DNA from: an uncultured Nitrososphaerota archaeon
GTDB lineage: Archaea; Thermoproteota; Nitrososphaeria; Conexivisphaerales; DTJL01
Reading direction: 5' to 3'
DNA length: 64,000 nucleotides
NCBI GenBank assembly: GCA_963842885.1
Contig: CAWJIE010000002.1
Span: 192,001 to 256,000, forward strand
Shown here: one piece after another, positions 19,013-30,441 of the stretch
How the letters are laid out: each line of letters opens with the position of its first letter
Position numbering within the stretch: position 1 is the stretch's first letter
Program-made: the position numbers and the translations under genes
The notes under the pieces: generated by a model
What the model was told of the DNA's origin: nothing
Database searches by the model: none
What the model saw: only the letters and a program-made list of their open reading frames with translations

Positions 19013-19981
19013 CTATTTTTGCGGCTCGGGATTTCCCTTGCCGGCGTGGAGGACAGCGAATATGACCGTGAAGGAAAGGATGAAGATAAGGCCGAAGGCG
19101 AGGGCCAGGGCTCCCACGATGAGGAGAGGCACGTTGAGCCTCGCCCCGGAGTTGTATGAAACCAACGCCCCGATGAACAGAGCCAGCCCCGCGATGGTCA
19201 GCTCAATGCCGGGCGCGCCTATAAAGAAGAACGGCCTCTCAGTTATAATCCTGTGGAGGACCTTCTCCCATCTGGCTTGGATGGTGAGCTCCTCCTTCGG
19301 CGATGGAATGGACGGGGGCGACAGGACTGCGGACTTGAAAGTGACTATCTTGACGCGCAGCCCAGAGGCGACGGCGACTGCCATCTGGTCTTCGCCTCCG
19401 AAGGACGTGAAGAAATCGTCTCTGGTCCTCGCTCCCAGGGCCTTCGAGTTGAGCGCCAGAAGCTCGACACCAGGCACAGGGACGCCTCCTTCTTCATGCA
19501 CCCCGATGCAGATGTCGGCTTCGTCCCTGCGTATCGGCTCGATTAGTCCGGGGAGCTGTTCGGGGTCGTTGTGCTTTTCGACCTCCATTGTGACCACGAT
19601 TTGCGGATCGGACTTGAGGGCCTCCTCCATCAGGTCCGACATGGCCTTGCCTTTGCCCAAGCCTTCTTTGTGCTGAATCACGAAGGCTCCAGCTTCGCGC
19701 GCCTTTGACGCCGTTTCGTCCAAGGAGCCGTCGTCGCAGACTATCACCTTGTTGACGAACTTCAGGGCCTTCGACACCGTCTTCCCGATCTGCTTCTCGG
19801 CGTTCAGGGTCGCGATGCACAGCACGACGCCCTTGGGGGTGGGCGCAGGCGCCTCCTCCACGGTTGGCTCTGCTATCTGTTTCTCGAGCTGCTGCAGGCC
19901 TTCCGGGGAAGCGGCCGGCTCTGGTGCCGCTGACCGGGCCTCGGTTGTTATCTCGCTCATCTGACGCGCAACAGGGGACAT
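19013..19981 (-). CDS. GT2 (DPM1/AglD-like) glycosyltransferase homolog with degenerate active site
   Basis: VIVCDDGSLDET, GLGKGKA, two C-terminal TM helices; DxD replaced by EVE. Confidence 0.75.
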   Translation of the reverse strand: MSPVARQMSEITTEARSAAPEPAASPEGLQQLEKQIAEPTVEEAPAPTPKGVVLCIATLNAEKQIGKTVSKALKFVNKVIVCDDGSLDETASKAREAGAFVIQHKEGLGKGKAMSDLMEEALKSDPQIVVTMEVEKHNDPEQLPGLIEPIRRDEADICIGVHEEGGVPVPGVELLALNSKALGARTRDDFFTSFGGEDQMAVAVASGLRVKIVTFKSAVLSPPSIPSPKEELTIQARWEKVLHRIITERPFFFIGAPGIELTIAGLALFIGALVSYNSGARLNVPLLIVGALALAFGLIFILSFTVIFAVLHAGKGNPEPQK

Positions 19982-19995
19982 GACGGACGAGCGTA

Positions 19996-22900
19996 TTATA
20001 CCTTAGCCCGCCGATTCGTCGCATCTCGGGCTGGCTTGCTCCTCTTGTGGGGCCGTTCGGCCGGTCGAGGGAGCTCCACGGTGAACGTGGATCCTCTTCC
20101 AAGCCTGCTGGAGGCCGAGATCCTGCCGCCATGGGCCTCCACCAGCCTCTTGCAGATGGAGAGGCCCATGCCCAGTCCCTGAGCTTTGGTCGTGTAGAGC
20201 GGGACGAACAACTTCTCCATCTGCGACCTGCTCATGCCCACTCCTGTGTCAGAAATGACCGCCTTGAGCCCACCTCTCGGAGGCGGAGGACCGGATCGTT
20301 AGCTTCCCGCCCGCCGCCATGGCGTCCACAGAGTTGGTGATGAGGTTCTGGAAGACTCGGATCAGACGAGACCTGTCCCCGGCTACCTTCGTTCCCGGCG
20401 CCAGCTCCAAGGAGAGCCTGATGTGGCTCGGAATGACGACGCTCTCCGTGGCGGTCTCTATCAGTTCATTGAGGTCCAGCCTGACCTTCTTTATCGGAGA
20501 TTGCCTCGAATAGGTCAGCAGGTCCTCGATGATCTTGTCCGCGTGCATTATGGCCGCTTCCATGTAGTCCATCGTCTCCCTGACCCTACCCTCAGGCTCC
20601 AGGGGCAGGACGCCCCTCAGATAGAACAGGCTGGTGTTGATGGTGGTCAGGGGGTTCCTGAGGTCGTGGCCCACCTGGGCGGCCACCGTCCCGATGGTGG
20701 CAAGCCGTTCGGCCTCAAGGAGTTTCTTGTGAGACTCGTCCAGCTCGCGAGTCCTCTCCTCCACCTTGTCCTTCAGCCTGGAGCTGTACTCCTTAAGCTG
20801 GTCCGCCAGGGCCTTGGCCTGGCTGATGTCTTCGGCCATCGCGATGCTGAGGAGGGGTTTGCCTGCGTTGTTCCTGATCAGGGAAACGGTGATCCTAGCC
20901 CAGATGTGGCCTCCTCCCTTCTTCAGATAGCGCTTCTCGAAATGGTAGTGGTCGATCTTCCCGGACAGCAGCAGTCGGCCGAACTCCTCGTCCGTCGGGA
21001 TGTCATCCTTGTACGTGATCCTCCTCCAGTCCATCGAGGTCAGCTCCTCTTCGGAGTAGCCCACCATCCGGCAGAAGGCCGGGTTCGCCCTCACGAAGAC
21101 TCCTTCCGGTGTTGACAACGTCATGCCCACGGCGGCATTGTGGAAGGTCAGCCTGAACCGCTCCTCGCTGGCGCGAAGCTCGGACTCCGCCACTTTCAGG
21201 GCCGTGATGTCCATCACAGACACGAGCACCCTGTCCCAAGTCTCCTCGCTCCCTGCTGCGAGCGAGCCCTTGATGCTCGTGAAGATGTCCCTCCCCCGGA
21301 TGTCCTTCTCCCGAATCTGCGCTGAAGACTCCCTCCCTCCCCGGTAGAATGTCAGAAGGGCCTTCACGAATGAGTGCGTCCTGTCGTCGCTCCTCTTGAC
21401 CAGGAACTTCCTGAGCTCCTTCTCGGATGCCACTCCATAGATGTCGTAGGTGGCCTTGTTGAAGTCGATGAGCTTGGTCCTGGAGATAAGGGCCTCCACC
21501 TCCGCGGGGTTGTTCATGAAGTGCTGCTCAATATCGGCGACCCCCTTCGCCTCCAGTTGCTTCAGATATGCTTGAGCCCCGGAGCAGTCCTCCTCCCAGA
21601 TGGAAATGGGGGAGTCCTGGAAGAGCGAGCGGTATCTCTCCTCGCTTCTCCTAATCTCCTCTTCGGACCTCCTCCTCTCCGTGATGTCGCTTATGGCGAT
21701 GAAGACTTTGGCATACGAGCCTTCGAAGCCCGGCGGAACGAGCACAAGGAGGTCCACAAGGCGCAGCTCTCCGTGGAGAGTCCGGTTCACGACTTCGGCT
21801 TGATACTTGGTCTCGCCCCTGGCAATGGCTGCAAAGATGCCCGCCTCTTCGCCGTAGCTCGACTCATCGACCATGGAGTCGATGCCTCCCAGCTCCTCCC
21901 TCTTCGCTTGGTGAAAGGCCAACCCGGCGCGGTTGACGTCCACGATCCTCACGAGCCTCAGAAGGCGCCTGACCTCGTCCGGCCTCCCCGCCAGGTAGGA
22001 GCGAATGTCGACGACACCCTTGGCCTCCATCGACTGCAGCTCCAGCTTCACCAAGGAGTAGTCCTCTTCCCAGAGCGGAATGGGGGAATGCTCGAAGAGG
22101 GTACGATACCTGTCCTCACTTTCCTCCAGAGCGCCTTCGAAGGCCTTCCTAAGCGAAATGTCCTGGACGATAGATAGATCGAAGACCCTGCGACCGGCGG
22201 CGTCATGCAGCGAAGAGACGTTCAGGATGGTCCATACGGTGTGGCCATCCTTGTGGATGTACCTCTTCTCCATGGTGAAGGTGGGTATCTCACCGGAGGC
22301 GAGTTTCGTCCTGAGCGCAATATTGGCACGCAGGTCTTCGGGATGAGTGATAGATTCGAAGCTTATGGACTGCAGCTCCTCAGTGGTATACCCTAGCATC
22401 TCGCTGAACGCCCTGTTGACCCGGAAGTACATCCCATTCGGCTCGGCGATGGTCATGCCGACGGGAGCGTCTTCGAAAGCGTGACGGAACCTCTCTTCGC
22501 TCTCCCTCAGCCCCTCCTCCAGCTTCTTGCGCTGGGTTATGTCGGTGAACAGACAGACCGCACCCACCGCCAGGCCCGCGGGGTCATGCATGGGGGCCAT
22601 GATTAGACTGGTCTCCAGGCGCGTTCCGTCCTTCCTCACGCACTCTACTTCGTCGAGGCCACTTTCTCCTGTGGAGAGGAGGGTCCGAAACCTCTCGACG
22701 AAGGAGTCCACTTGGTCTGCGGGGACAAGGGGGTTGAAGTGGCCCACTACCTCCCTTGCGCTCCAGCCGAAGAGTTTCTCCGCCTTGCTATTCCATAGTT
22801 TCACCGCGCCTGCGGTATCGAATGTAAGCACGGCCAGAGGCGAGGCGTTCACCAGGGCGCCGAGCGTTTCATTTACTTCGGCCAGCCTGAGCTCCTGTGC

Positions 22901-23689
22901 CTTCCGCTCGGTGACGTCCTCCTGCACAGCTACGAAATGGGTGATCTTTCCCTCGGCGTCTTTCACCGAAGAGATGGTCGCGGCCGCCCAGTAGTAGCTG
23001 CCGTCCTTCTTCCTGTTGTGGAACTCGCCATGCCAGTCTTTGCCAGAGGTTATCGAATCCCACAAGCGCTTGTAGATCGCATCAGGGAGTTCGCCTGACT
23101 TCAGGATCCGTGGCGTCTTTCCCAGGACGTCTTCGATAACGTAGCCTGTGACCTCAGTGAACTTCGAGTTGACGTATTCGATCTTCCCCTCCGTGTCCGT
23201 TATGATGACGATAACGGGGCTCTGGTCGACGGCCCTGCCCAGCTTCCGGAGGGTGTCCTCGATGGCCATGCTGCTGGTGAGGTCCCGGGCCCAGATGACC
23301 ACGCGAGAGGTCCCCGCCATGTCCCACCTGGAAAGCGTCGCCTGGATGGGGAACTCACTCCCGTCCTTCCTCAAGCCGCTGTCCCATCCTGAGCCGAGCA
23401 GCTTGCCGCCAATCTCGGCGGTCCAGAGCCTCTGAATGTGTGAGAGAAGCGTCTCCCTGAAACGAGGGGGGACCAAATCGGAGAGGGAAAGGGCGGAGAT
23501 CTCGTCCTTGGAGTAGCCGAAGCCGAGGAGGGCAGGTGAGTTGGCGAATTCGAGCTTTCCGTCAGAGTCGGCCAACAGAATCAGGTCGGAGGAGGTCTCC
23601 GCGAGCGAACGCAGGATGGTAGAGGTCCAGAGGTCAGCCTGCGGGTCGCGACGCACGTTGGGCTCCCCGTTTACACCTGATTCGTTCAA
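19996..23689 (-). CDS. Cytoplasmic multi-PAS sensor histidine kinase (HK2), frameshift near 20260
   Basis: About seven PAS/PAC repeats, VGHDLRNPL, NLITNSVDAM; DTGVG and GLGMGL in the downstream frame. Confidence 0.92.
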
Positions 23690-23697
23690 CTCAGTTT

Positions 23698-23991
23698 CTA
23701 CTTTGTGGCAGGCTTGTCAGACGGGCTTCCGGGGGAAGAGGACGCTTGACCTTCTGCCTTCTTCGCCTCGGCCTGAAGCTCCTTCTCTATCTCTTCGATG
23801 GGCTGCGGAGGCGGTGTGGTGGCCAAGGTGTAGCCAATCCAGGCGAGGATGGCGAGGACTCCGGCCACCGCAAGGAAGGCAGTGATCTCCAACACGATGA
23901 GCGGGAAGTACCAAATCAGAACACCGTAGGCGACGATGCCGATGATACTCAAGACAAGAATGACGGCCCCGAGAGTCTGGTCCTTGCTCAC
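23698..23991 (-). CDS. Small archaeal two-TM protein
   Basis: MSKDQTLGAVIL...LAWIGYTLATTPPPQPIEEIEKEL pattern. Confidence 0.8.
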   Translation of the reverse strand: MSKDQTLGAVILVLSIIGIVAYGVLIWYFPLIVLEITAFLAVAGVLAILAWIGYTLATTPPPQPIEEIEKELQAEAKKAEGQASSSPGSPSDKPATK

Positions 23992-24051
23992 AAATACTCA
24001 CTCCGCTCTATTGAACGAGCGTTACACCCTTCAGTTATATAAGCGATTTCG

Positions 24052-24987
24052 TCACAGTTTCCGCTGGCCCGTCGGTCCATAGTCGACGTACACCAGCTGG
24101 AACCCTTCGGGAAGGATGACGAGGCCATGGGAGTCGATGAGCATCTGCCGTAGCTTCTCCTTGGAGCCGAAGTGCCTCTTGTCGTAGGTGCACATGATGT
24201 GGGCCGAGAAGGGCAGCTTCGCGCCCAGCGCCCGTTCGAGCTGGGCCACGCCCACCTCCTCGCCGTATTTCAGGAGGCCACCGTTGTCGATGACCACCCT
24301 CGCCCCTTTGTATCCCTTCCCCTTCGCTTCCGTGACGAGCATGCGGAGCTTGTCAAGTGCCTTCTGGGGGCTGAAGACGAAGTTGTCGAAGAACGATTCC
24401 CTGACGCTGAGGATGGAGGTGCGCTTTGCGTCCACGTTGACTGGCAGACCCCTGCTCGAAAGATCGCCCGTTATGTTTGACCTGTCGGGCGATCCTGCGA
24501 TGAGAGCGAACATGAAGTCCTTCTCCACTGCGCCCTTGTAGAACCACTGAATCACCTGCTCCTTCATCTCAAGGCTGTCGTAGAGGACCATGATGTGATC
24601 TCCCAGCTTCATCTTCTCCATCACGACCGTCTGCACCTTCAGCGAGTGGTCTATCTCCTCCAGCTTCTCGGGGGCTTCGTCGAGCGACTCAACGCCGCTG
24701 AGGGCCTGCGGGAAGGTGACCTTGAGGTGGGCAAGGACAAGAGGATAGAGTATCACCGCGGCATTTATGCCGAGGAGGGCCCCCACCGATTCAACGAAAC
24801 GCTCGTGGTTGTAGACCAAGTCCTCGGGAGAGAGGCCGTACAGGGCCGACAGCTGCTTTCTGAGGGCAGGCCAAGCCAGCTCGCCCATGGCTTCGGCGAG
24901 AGAGGCGTCCACGCTGGCCGCCACCTGTTCACGGATGTTCTCTGACCTTGGGAAGTACAGTACCTTGGTGGACATCGGTTGTGCCAA
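24052..24987 (-). CDS. MEDS domain protein with N-terminal NitrOD5/DUF3227-like domain
   Basis: GDHIMVLYDS...GYKGARV...IMCTYD...SHGLVI; N-terminal helical domain (YGLSPEDL...FVESVGALLG). Confidence 0.75.
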   Translation of the reverse strand: MAQPMSTKVLYFPRSENIREQVAASVDASLAEAMGELAWPALRKQLSALYGLSPEDLVYNHERFVESVGALLGINAAVILYPLVLAHLKVTFPQALSGVESLDEAPEKLEEIDHSLKVQTVVMEKMKLGDHIMVLYDSLEMKEQVIQWFYKGAVEKDFMFALIAGSPDRSNITGDLSSRGLPVNVDAKRTSILSVRESFFDNFVFSPQKALDKLRMLVTEAKGKGYKGARVVIDNGGLLKYGEEVGVAQLERALGAKLPFSAHIMCTYDKRHFGSKEKLRQMLIDSHGLVILPEGFQLVYVDYGPTGQRKL

Positions 24988-25169
24988 TTCTCTTGCTGCT
25001 TGAGGATATATATGTTAGCCCGGCCGATGGCCTTTCTGGTCAAGTCGCCCCCCGGAGGCGTGAACGATTGGCACGCCTCCGCGTGTTACTTTGCGCGTTT
25101 CTGCAACTGGGAGGCGGCACATTCACCGAATGGTGATTCCAACGAGATATGGCGAAGGCGTCAGGCTCC

Positions 25170-26096
25170 CTACAGCCGAGGAAGTGTCCCCAGCCCGGCG
25201 TAATACTCGGCGATGATACCCAGTCCCTTCTTGACGGGCACCCGGGCTTCGAAGCCCAGCCTCTCCCTCGCCTTTTTGGTATCGGCCTTGGTCCTCATCA
25301 CATAATTGGTCATGTCCGCATTGACGTACTTGGGCGCAGTCTTTGTGCCCAACCTGGCACATATCAGCTCGACCATGGCGTTGAAGCTGGTTTCGGAACC
25401 CGTACCGAGGTTGAAGATGTCGAACCCCCCCGTCCGCTTCGAAGCGAGTAGGAGGCCCTCTACGATGTCCTTGACGTACGTTAGGTCGCGTGACTGCTCC
25501 CCCGTTCCATAGAGCACGGGCTGTTGCCTCTGCATGACGCTCCAGAGGAACTGGGTGAAGGTGTTGGCGTACCTCCCCTTGCCCTCTTCGCGCTCTCCGT
25601 ATACGCTAAAGAGCCTCAGAGCGGTGCTGCCCACGCCATGTAGCTTCCAGTAGAGTTCGCCCAGCCTTTCCACGGCGTAGCGGGCTTCCGTGTAGTAGTC
25701 GGTGACCTTGGGAAAGATGTCCTCTGACCAAGGGAGGGGCGTCCCGTTGTAGATGGAGCTGGTGGAGGCCACGACGAGCCTGCAGCGCGTCCTCAGTCCG
25801 AATTCGTAGACGGCGACGGCATCCTTCACGACCTCCCCCACCAGTCCGGGGTTCTCCTTATACATGGGAGAGCTGCTGTACATCCCCAGATGGAAGACGA
25901 CGTCGGCGCCATGAGCCACCGAAGATATGTCGCCAGCCGAACCCCTGTGGAGCCTGAAATTGCCGCCCTTGGGGAGGTTCTCGGCCTTCCCAGTGTAGAA
26001 GTTGTCTATGATGAGCACCTCGTCCCCTTCGGCCAGGAGCCTTTCGACCAGATGGCTCCCAATGAAACCCGCACCACCCGTCACGACGGCCTTCAT
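25170..26096 (-). CDS. NAD-dependent nucleotide-sugar epimerase/dehydratase
   Basis: VTGGAGFIGSHL, STSSIY, LRLFSVYG, RDLTYVKD. Confidence 0.92.
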   Translation of the reverse strand: MKAVVTGGAGFIGSHLVERLLAEGDEVLIIDNFYTGKAENLPKGGNFRLHRGSAGDISSVAHGADVVFHLGMYSSSPMYKENPGLVGEVVKDAVAVYEFGLRTRCRLVVASTSSIYNGTPLPWSEDIFPKVTDYYTEARYAVERLGELYWKLHGVGSTALRLFSVYGEREEGKGRYANTFTQFLWSVMQRQQPVLYGTGEQSRDLTYVKDIVEGLLLASKRTGGFDIFNLGTGSETSFNAMVELICARLGTKTAPKYVNADMTNYVMRTKADTKKARERLGFEARVPVKKGLGIIAEYYAGLGTLPRL

Positions 26097-26245
26097 GCCG
26101 ATGCGAAGGCACCTCTCGTTGCCGGCGTGATGCCCTCCGGCCCAGGAGCGGCTCGACCTAGAGCCCGAGGAAGACCTTGAATGAAGGCGGGCATCAACCG
26201 TTTTCGCATATCCGCGAACAGGGGTGACGCCGTATTAATCCTTTC

Positions 26246-26476
26246 GTGGAGATGGGGGACACCTTCGGAGATGGAGGACATGTCAGGAGTCTGATGGAGC
26301 TGGAGGACAATCTCGGGGAGACCGGGCATCCGGCCCACTGGGACCCGCAGGGGACGATGGCTCTTATCTTCCTGCTGCTTCCGCACACGCTGAGCGGTTG
26401 GTACTCGTGCTTCATCTTCGCTTCCTCGCAGTCTGTAGTGTGTAAGGGTTCTTTCTTCGTCATCGAACCGCCTTAG
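26246..26476 (+). CDS. Hypothetical small protein (76 aa)
   Basis: GC-rich third positions; TATTAAT just upstream; fills the gap between two minus-strand genes. Confidence 0.4.
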   Translation: MEMGDTFGDGGHVRSLMELEDNLGETGHPAHWDPQGTMALIFLLLPHTLSGWYSCFIFASSQSVVCKGSFFVIEPP

Positions 26477-26490
26477 GTAAGGAGAAGCAG

Positions 26491-29400
26491 CTACCGCGAG
26501 GCGAGGGCTTCGTCTGCAGCGCCTCCTTCCGCGGAGGCGAGGGGGAGTGCTACGCTGATGGTTGTCCCTTCGCCGACCTTGCTCTTTACGTCGATCCTTC
26601 CGCCGTGGGCCTCGACCAGGCGCTTGCATATGGCCAAGCCCAGACCCAGACCCTCCGACTTGGTGGTGAAGAAGGGGGTGAAGAGCAGGCCAAGGTTCTC
26701 CTCCCGGATGCCGGCGCCCGTGTCGGAGATGCTCACGATGACCTCCTTTGGCCCGACCGCCGAGGAGACGGTGAGAGACCCCCCATCGGGCATGGCGTCG
26801 ACGGCGTTGCTCACCAGGTTCTGGAAGACGCGTGTCAGCCTTGTGCTGTCGCCATCCACCTCGACTCTGTCTTCGAGTTTCACATGTACGCTGACGTTCT
26901 TCGGGATCAGGACCGAGCTCATCGAAGATGTCAGGACAGAATTGAGTAGCAGCTTCCTCTTCTTGAGGCCCGCGGTCCGCGCGTACTCCAAGAGGTCCTC
27001 CACTATTCTGTTGGCGTGAAAGATGGCGTTCTGCATGGAGTTGAGGGTCACGTCGACCTTGTCCTTCTGCTTCCTGGGGAGGACGTTGTGAAGGTAGTAC
27101 AGATTCGTGTTGATGGCCGTCAGGGGGTTACGGAGGTCATGGCCCACCTGGGCCGACACCTCTCCGATGGTGGCAAGGCGCTGGGCCTTGAGCAACTTCT
27201 CCTGGGCGTCCACCAGCTCGCGGCTCCTTTCCTCGACCTTCTCCTCCAGCTGTCCCGCGTATTCCCTTATCTCGTTTCGGGCTCTCTCCAGCTCCTTGAA
27301 GAGGCGTGCGCTCTCGAGGGCGACGGCTGCCAGGCCGATGAAGAGCTCCAGCGGAGCAAGTGAGGTCTGCGTCGGCCTCCTTCCGTCCACGGGGTCGTCG
27401 ACGGAGAGGATGCCGATGATGCGGCCGTCAGGAAGGGTCAGAGGGGTGTAGAGGAGGTCCTCCGGGCCCCAGTCCACCATCTGCTCGGGCGACAGGCGGC
27501 TCGAGATGCCTATCTGGGCCGTCCTCTCCCTCACGAACGGGTCGCTCCAAGGCAGGTAGTAGAAGGAGCCGATCTTGAAACGCTCGTATTCGGGTCCGAA
27601 CCTGTCCCTCCAGCTCATACCGGAGGAAGTCGTCCTCCAGAGGAAATCTCGTTCCTCGTCGCTGAGGCCAGCCGTTACGAGGTCTTCGGGGGACACTATG
27701 TCCATGTTCTCGTCCCTCGCGGAGATCACCACCCTCCTCCAGCCCAAGTCCTTTATGGCGTCGGTGATCTTCTGGAGCCTTTCCTGAACGTCTCCGGCAC
27801 GGAGTATCTGGGCCGAGCTTCGCAGGAGGAAGGCGAGCTGGTGGGACCTCTTCTCTATCTCCGTTCGCTGCTCAAGGTTGCCGATGGCCGCCGCCATGTG
27901 CGAGGCGAGGATTTGAAGAAGCTTGACGTCGTTGATGTCGAACGCGTCAAGCTCCATGCTCTTGCAAGTCAATCACGCCCAGAACCTGGCCCTCCAGTTC
28001 GACGGGGACGACCAGCTCCGACTTTACGCCGGCGATGCCCATCAAGTAGCCTTCGTCTTTGGTGACGTCAGGGAGCAAGACAGGCTCGTGCGTGCGGGCC
28101 GCCCTGACCATAAGACCTCGCTGGGAGCCGTCCAAGGGAAGCTTCGCAATCAGAATCTCCCCTGGCCCCTGCTGGCGGCCCTCTCAAGGTATTCCCCGCG
28201 CACCCTGGCGAAGAAGGCGTGTTCGAAACCCAGGACGCGTTGGACGGCGTCCATGGTTATTTCGTAGACGTCCGTCAGGTTCCTGGCGGAGCTCAGCTCC
28301 GTGTCATAGTAGTGCAGAGCTGAGAGCCTCTCCTCGAAGATCCTTCTTTCCGTCTCTGCCAGCTTGCGGGCAGTGACGTCACGGGCCACAACGAGGACCG
28401 CTGGATTCCCCCTGTATGAGACGCGGATGGCCGCGGCTTCGGCGTCGGCGACCGCGCCGTCAAAACGATGGAACTTCACTCCCAGGACGTTGGTCTCCTG
28501 AACCGTGCCTGTGCCCTTCCTGACTTCCTCCATGATAGCTGCGGCATCGACGGGCTCGAAGAACTGTTTCCAGTCCTTGCCAACAATGTCGCCGGCGGAC
28601 GCTCCTCCCATCAATGTCACCGCGGCGGCGTTGGCGAAGACGAACGCGCTTTCGCTGTAGACCAGAATGGCGTCTGGCGAGAATTCAACAAGCTGGCGGT
28701 ACCTATGCTCACTCTCTTCGAGGGCATATTGAGTTCCCGTAAGCTCGGTTATGTCGGTGCCGACGGCTAAGACGGAGGCAAGCTCACCGCTTGCGCCGCG
28801 CACAAGCCTGTTGGTCCAATGAATCCACACCCTAGTTCCGTCCTTCTTGATGTTCTCATTGATGTTGTTCGCAAAGCGCACGGGATCCCTGATGACGTCG
28901 TCCACCATGGAGCTCGTGTCCTTGCCCGCGGAATCGACCTTGGGGACGATGGTCTCCGACGCCTTCATCCCGATAATCTCGTCCCTTTCGAAGCCGAAGA
29001 AACGCACGGCGAACTCGTTGAACGACGTTATGCGCCCGGACATGTCAAGCATGATGATGATAGAGTTGGCGCTTTCGACGAGCTCGCGGTACTTCTCCTC
29101 AGATTCGCGCAGAGCCAAGTCGGCCCGGCGACGCTCGGTCACGTCCAGGACGAGGCCCTCCAGGGTTGTTGTGCGACCCCTCTCCATTTCGACCCCGGTT
29201 CCCTGTTCCCAGACGTACTTCGTGGAGCCGTCGGCCGCGACTATCCTGTACTCAAAAGTGTAAGGCCTCGATTCGGCCAAGGCAGCCTCCACCTCCTTGC
29301 GGACCCTCTCTCGGTCCTCGGGATGGATGACGTCGGAGTAAGGCTTGCCGACGAAGACGGAGGGGTGATATCCGGTCAGGGAGAGGCACCCCTCGCTGAC

Positions 29401-30123
29401 GAACTCCATGGTCCACTTCTCGTCGTTGACGCGTCGGTAGGCCATGCCTGGGAGGTTGCTCATCAAGGTAGAGAGAGACCTCTGACTTTCCTGTAGCTCC
29501 TCTTCCGCCTTCCTGATCCCGGAGACGTCGGTGATGGCAACCATGATGCCGACGATTTGCCCCGATGGGTCCCTTATGGGGGCAGTGGAAATCAAGCATT
29601 GAACGGTGGAGCCGTCCTTCTTTCGTGGCCTTATGGCCACGGCCGCATAACTCTCCCCCCTGAGGATTTCATCCTTCATTTTCCCGTATATTCCATGGGC
29701 TTCTTCGGTGTCAGGAAGGATGGGGTTGGGCCTTCCGATCACCTCGTCGGCCGTCCAGCCGAAAATGGACTCGGCCGTCTTGTTCCACGATAAGATGTTG
29801 TCGGCGGCATCCAGCGACGTGATGGCGACCGGCGACGCGCTGAAGATGGCCTGCATCTCGCGGTTGGCAGCTGAGAGCTGCCGGCGATAGAGGTCCTCTC
29901 TTTGAGTGTACTGCCGAACCAGGAGGAAGAGCACAAGCGAAGCGACGACGACGACTGCGCCGAAGAGCCCGACGGAGAAGAGCTCGCCCACCAGGCCGGT
30001 AGAGAGGAATGACTCTGCGACGGCCAACAGGATCATGAGCGCCCCGCCGGCGGCGAGGGTGAGGACCGTCAGGATGAGAGTGCGAGGATTGCTCCCGCTC
30101 CTCCCTTCCGGGGGCTCAGGCAT
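26491..30123 (-). CDS. Membrane-anchored PAS/GAF sensor histidine kinase (HK3), about 2 frameshifts at 27950-28150
   Basis: Two N-terminal TM helices, four PAS, GAF (SELVVPVELEGQVLGVID), second GAF-like domain, VGHDLRNPL, DTGAG, GLGLGL. Confidence 0.9.
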
Positions 30124-30441
30124 AAGCTCTTGTTCCTGTAGGCTCGGTATTTAACCTTCACATGAGGCGGAAAAGGAGGTCTCATACAGGGCTGCCGGTC
30201 GAAGCGGGGCGTGTCAGGGCGCCACGATTTCGCTGGCCCTATTAGCTTTGTCAGCCATCTTCAACGAATTAAGGGACAGGTATCGGGCTCTCCTCAACAA
30301 CACACTCCTGGCTCTCTCTGCGGCGATTATCGCCATATCTGGTATGACATTCAATCTCCAATTCTGGAACAGGTGCTTCGTGCGTCTGACCTGGAGCACA
30401 ACGGTAGGAAGCGCATAGAGGTTTTCTGACTTCTGTAGGCC

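Noticed and set aside
30196-30210. 15-bp match CGGTCGAAGCGGGGC shared with the 5' flank of the tRNA (about 59509-59523), possible att site
   Set aside because: Matches of this length are expected by chance in 64 kb of high-GC DNA; it lies at the tRNA 5' side and no integrase is present
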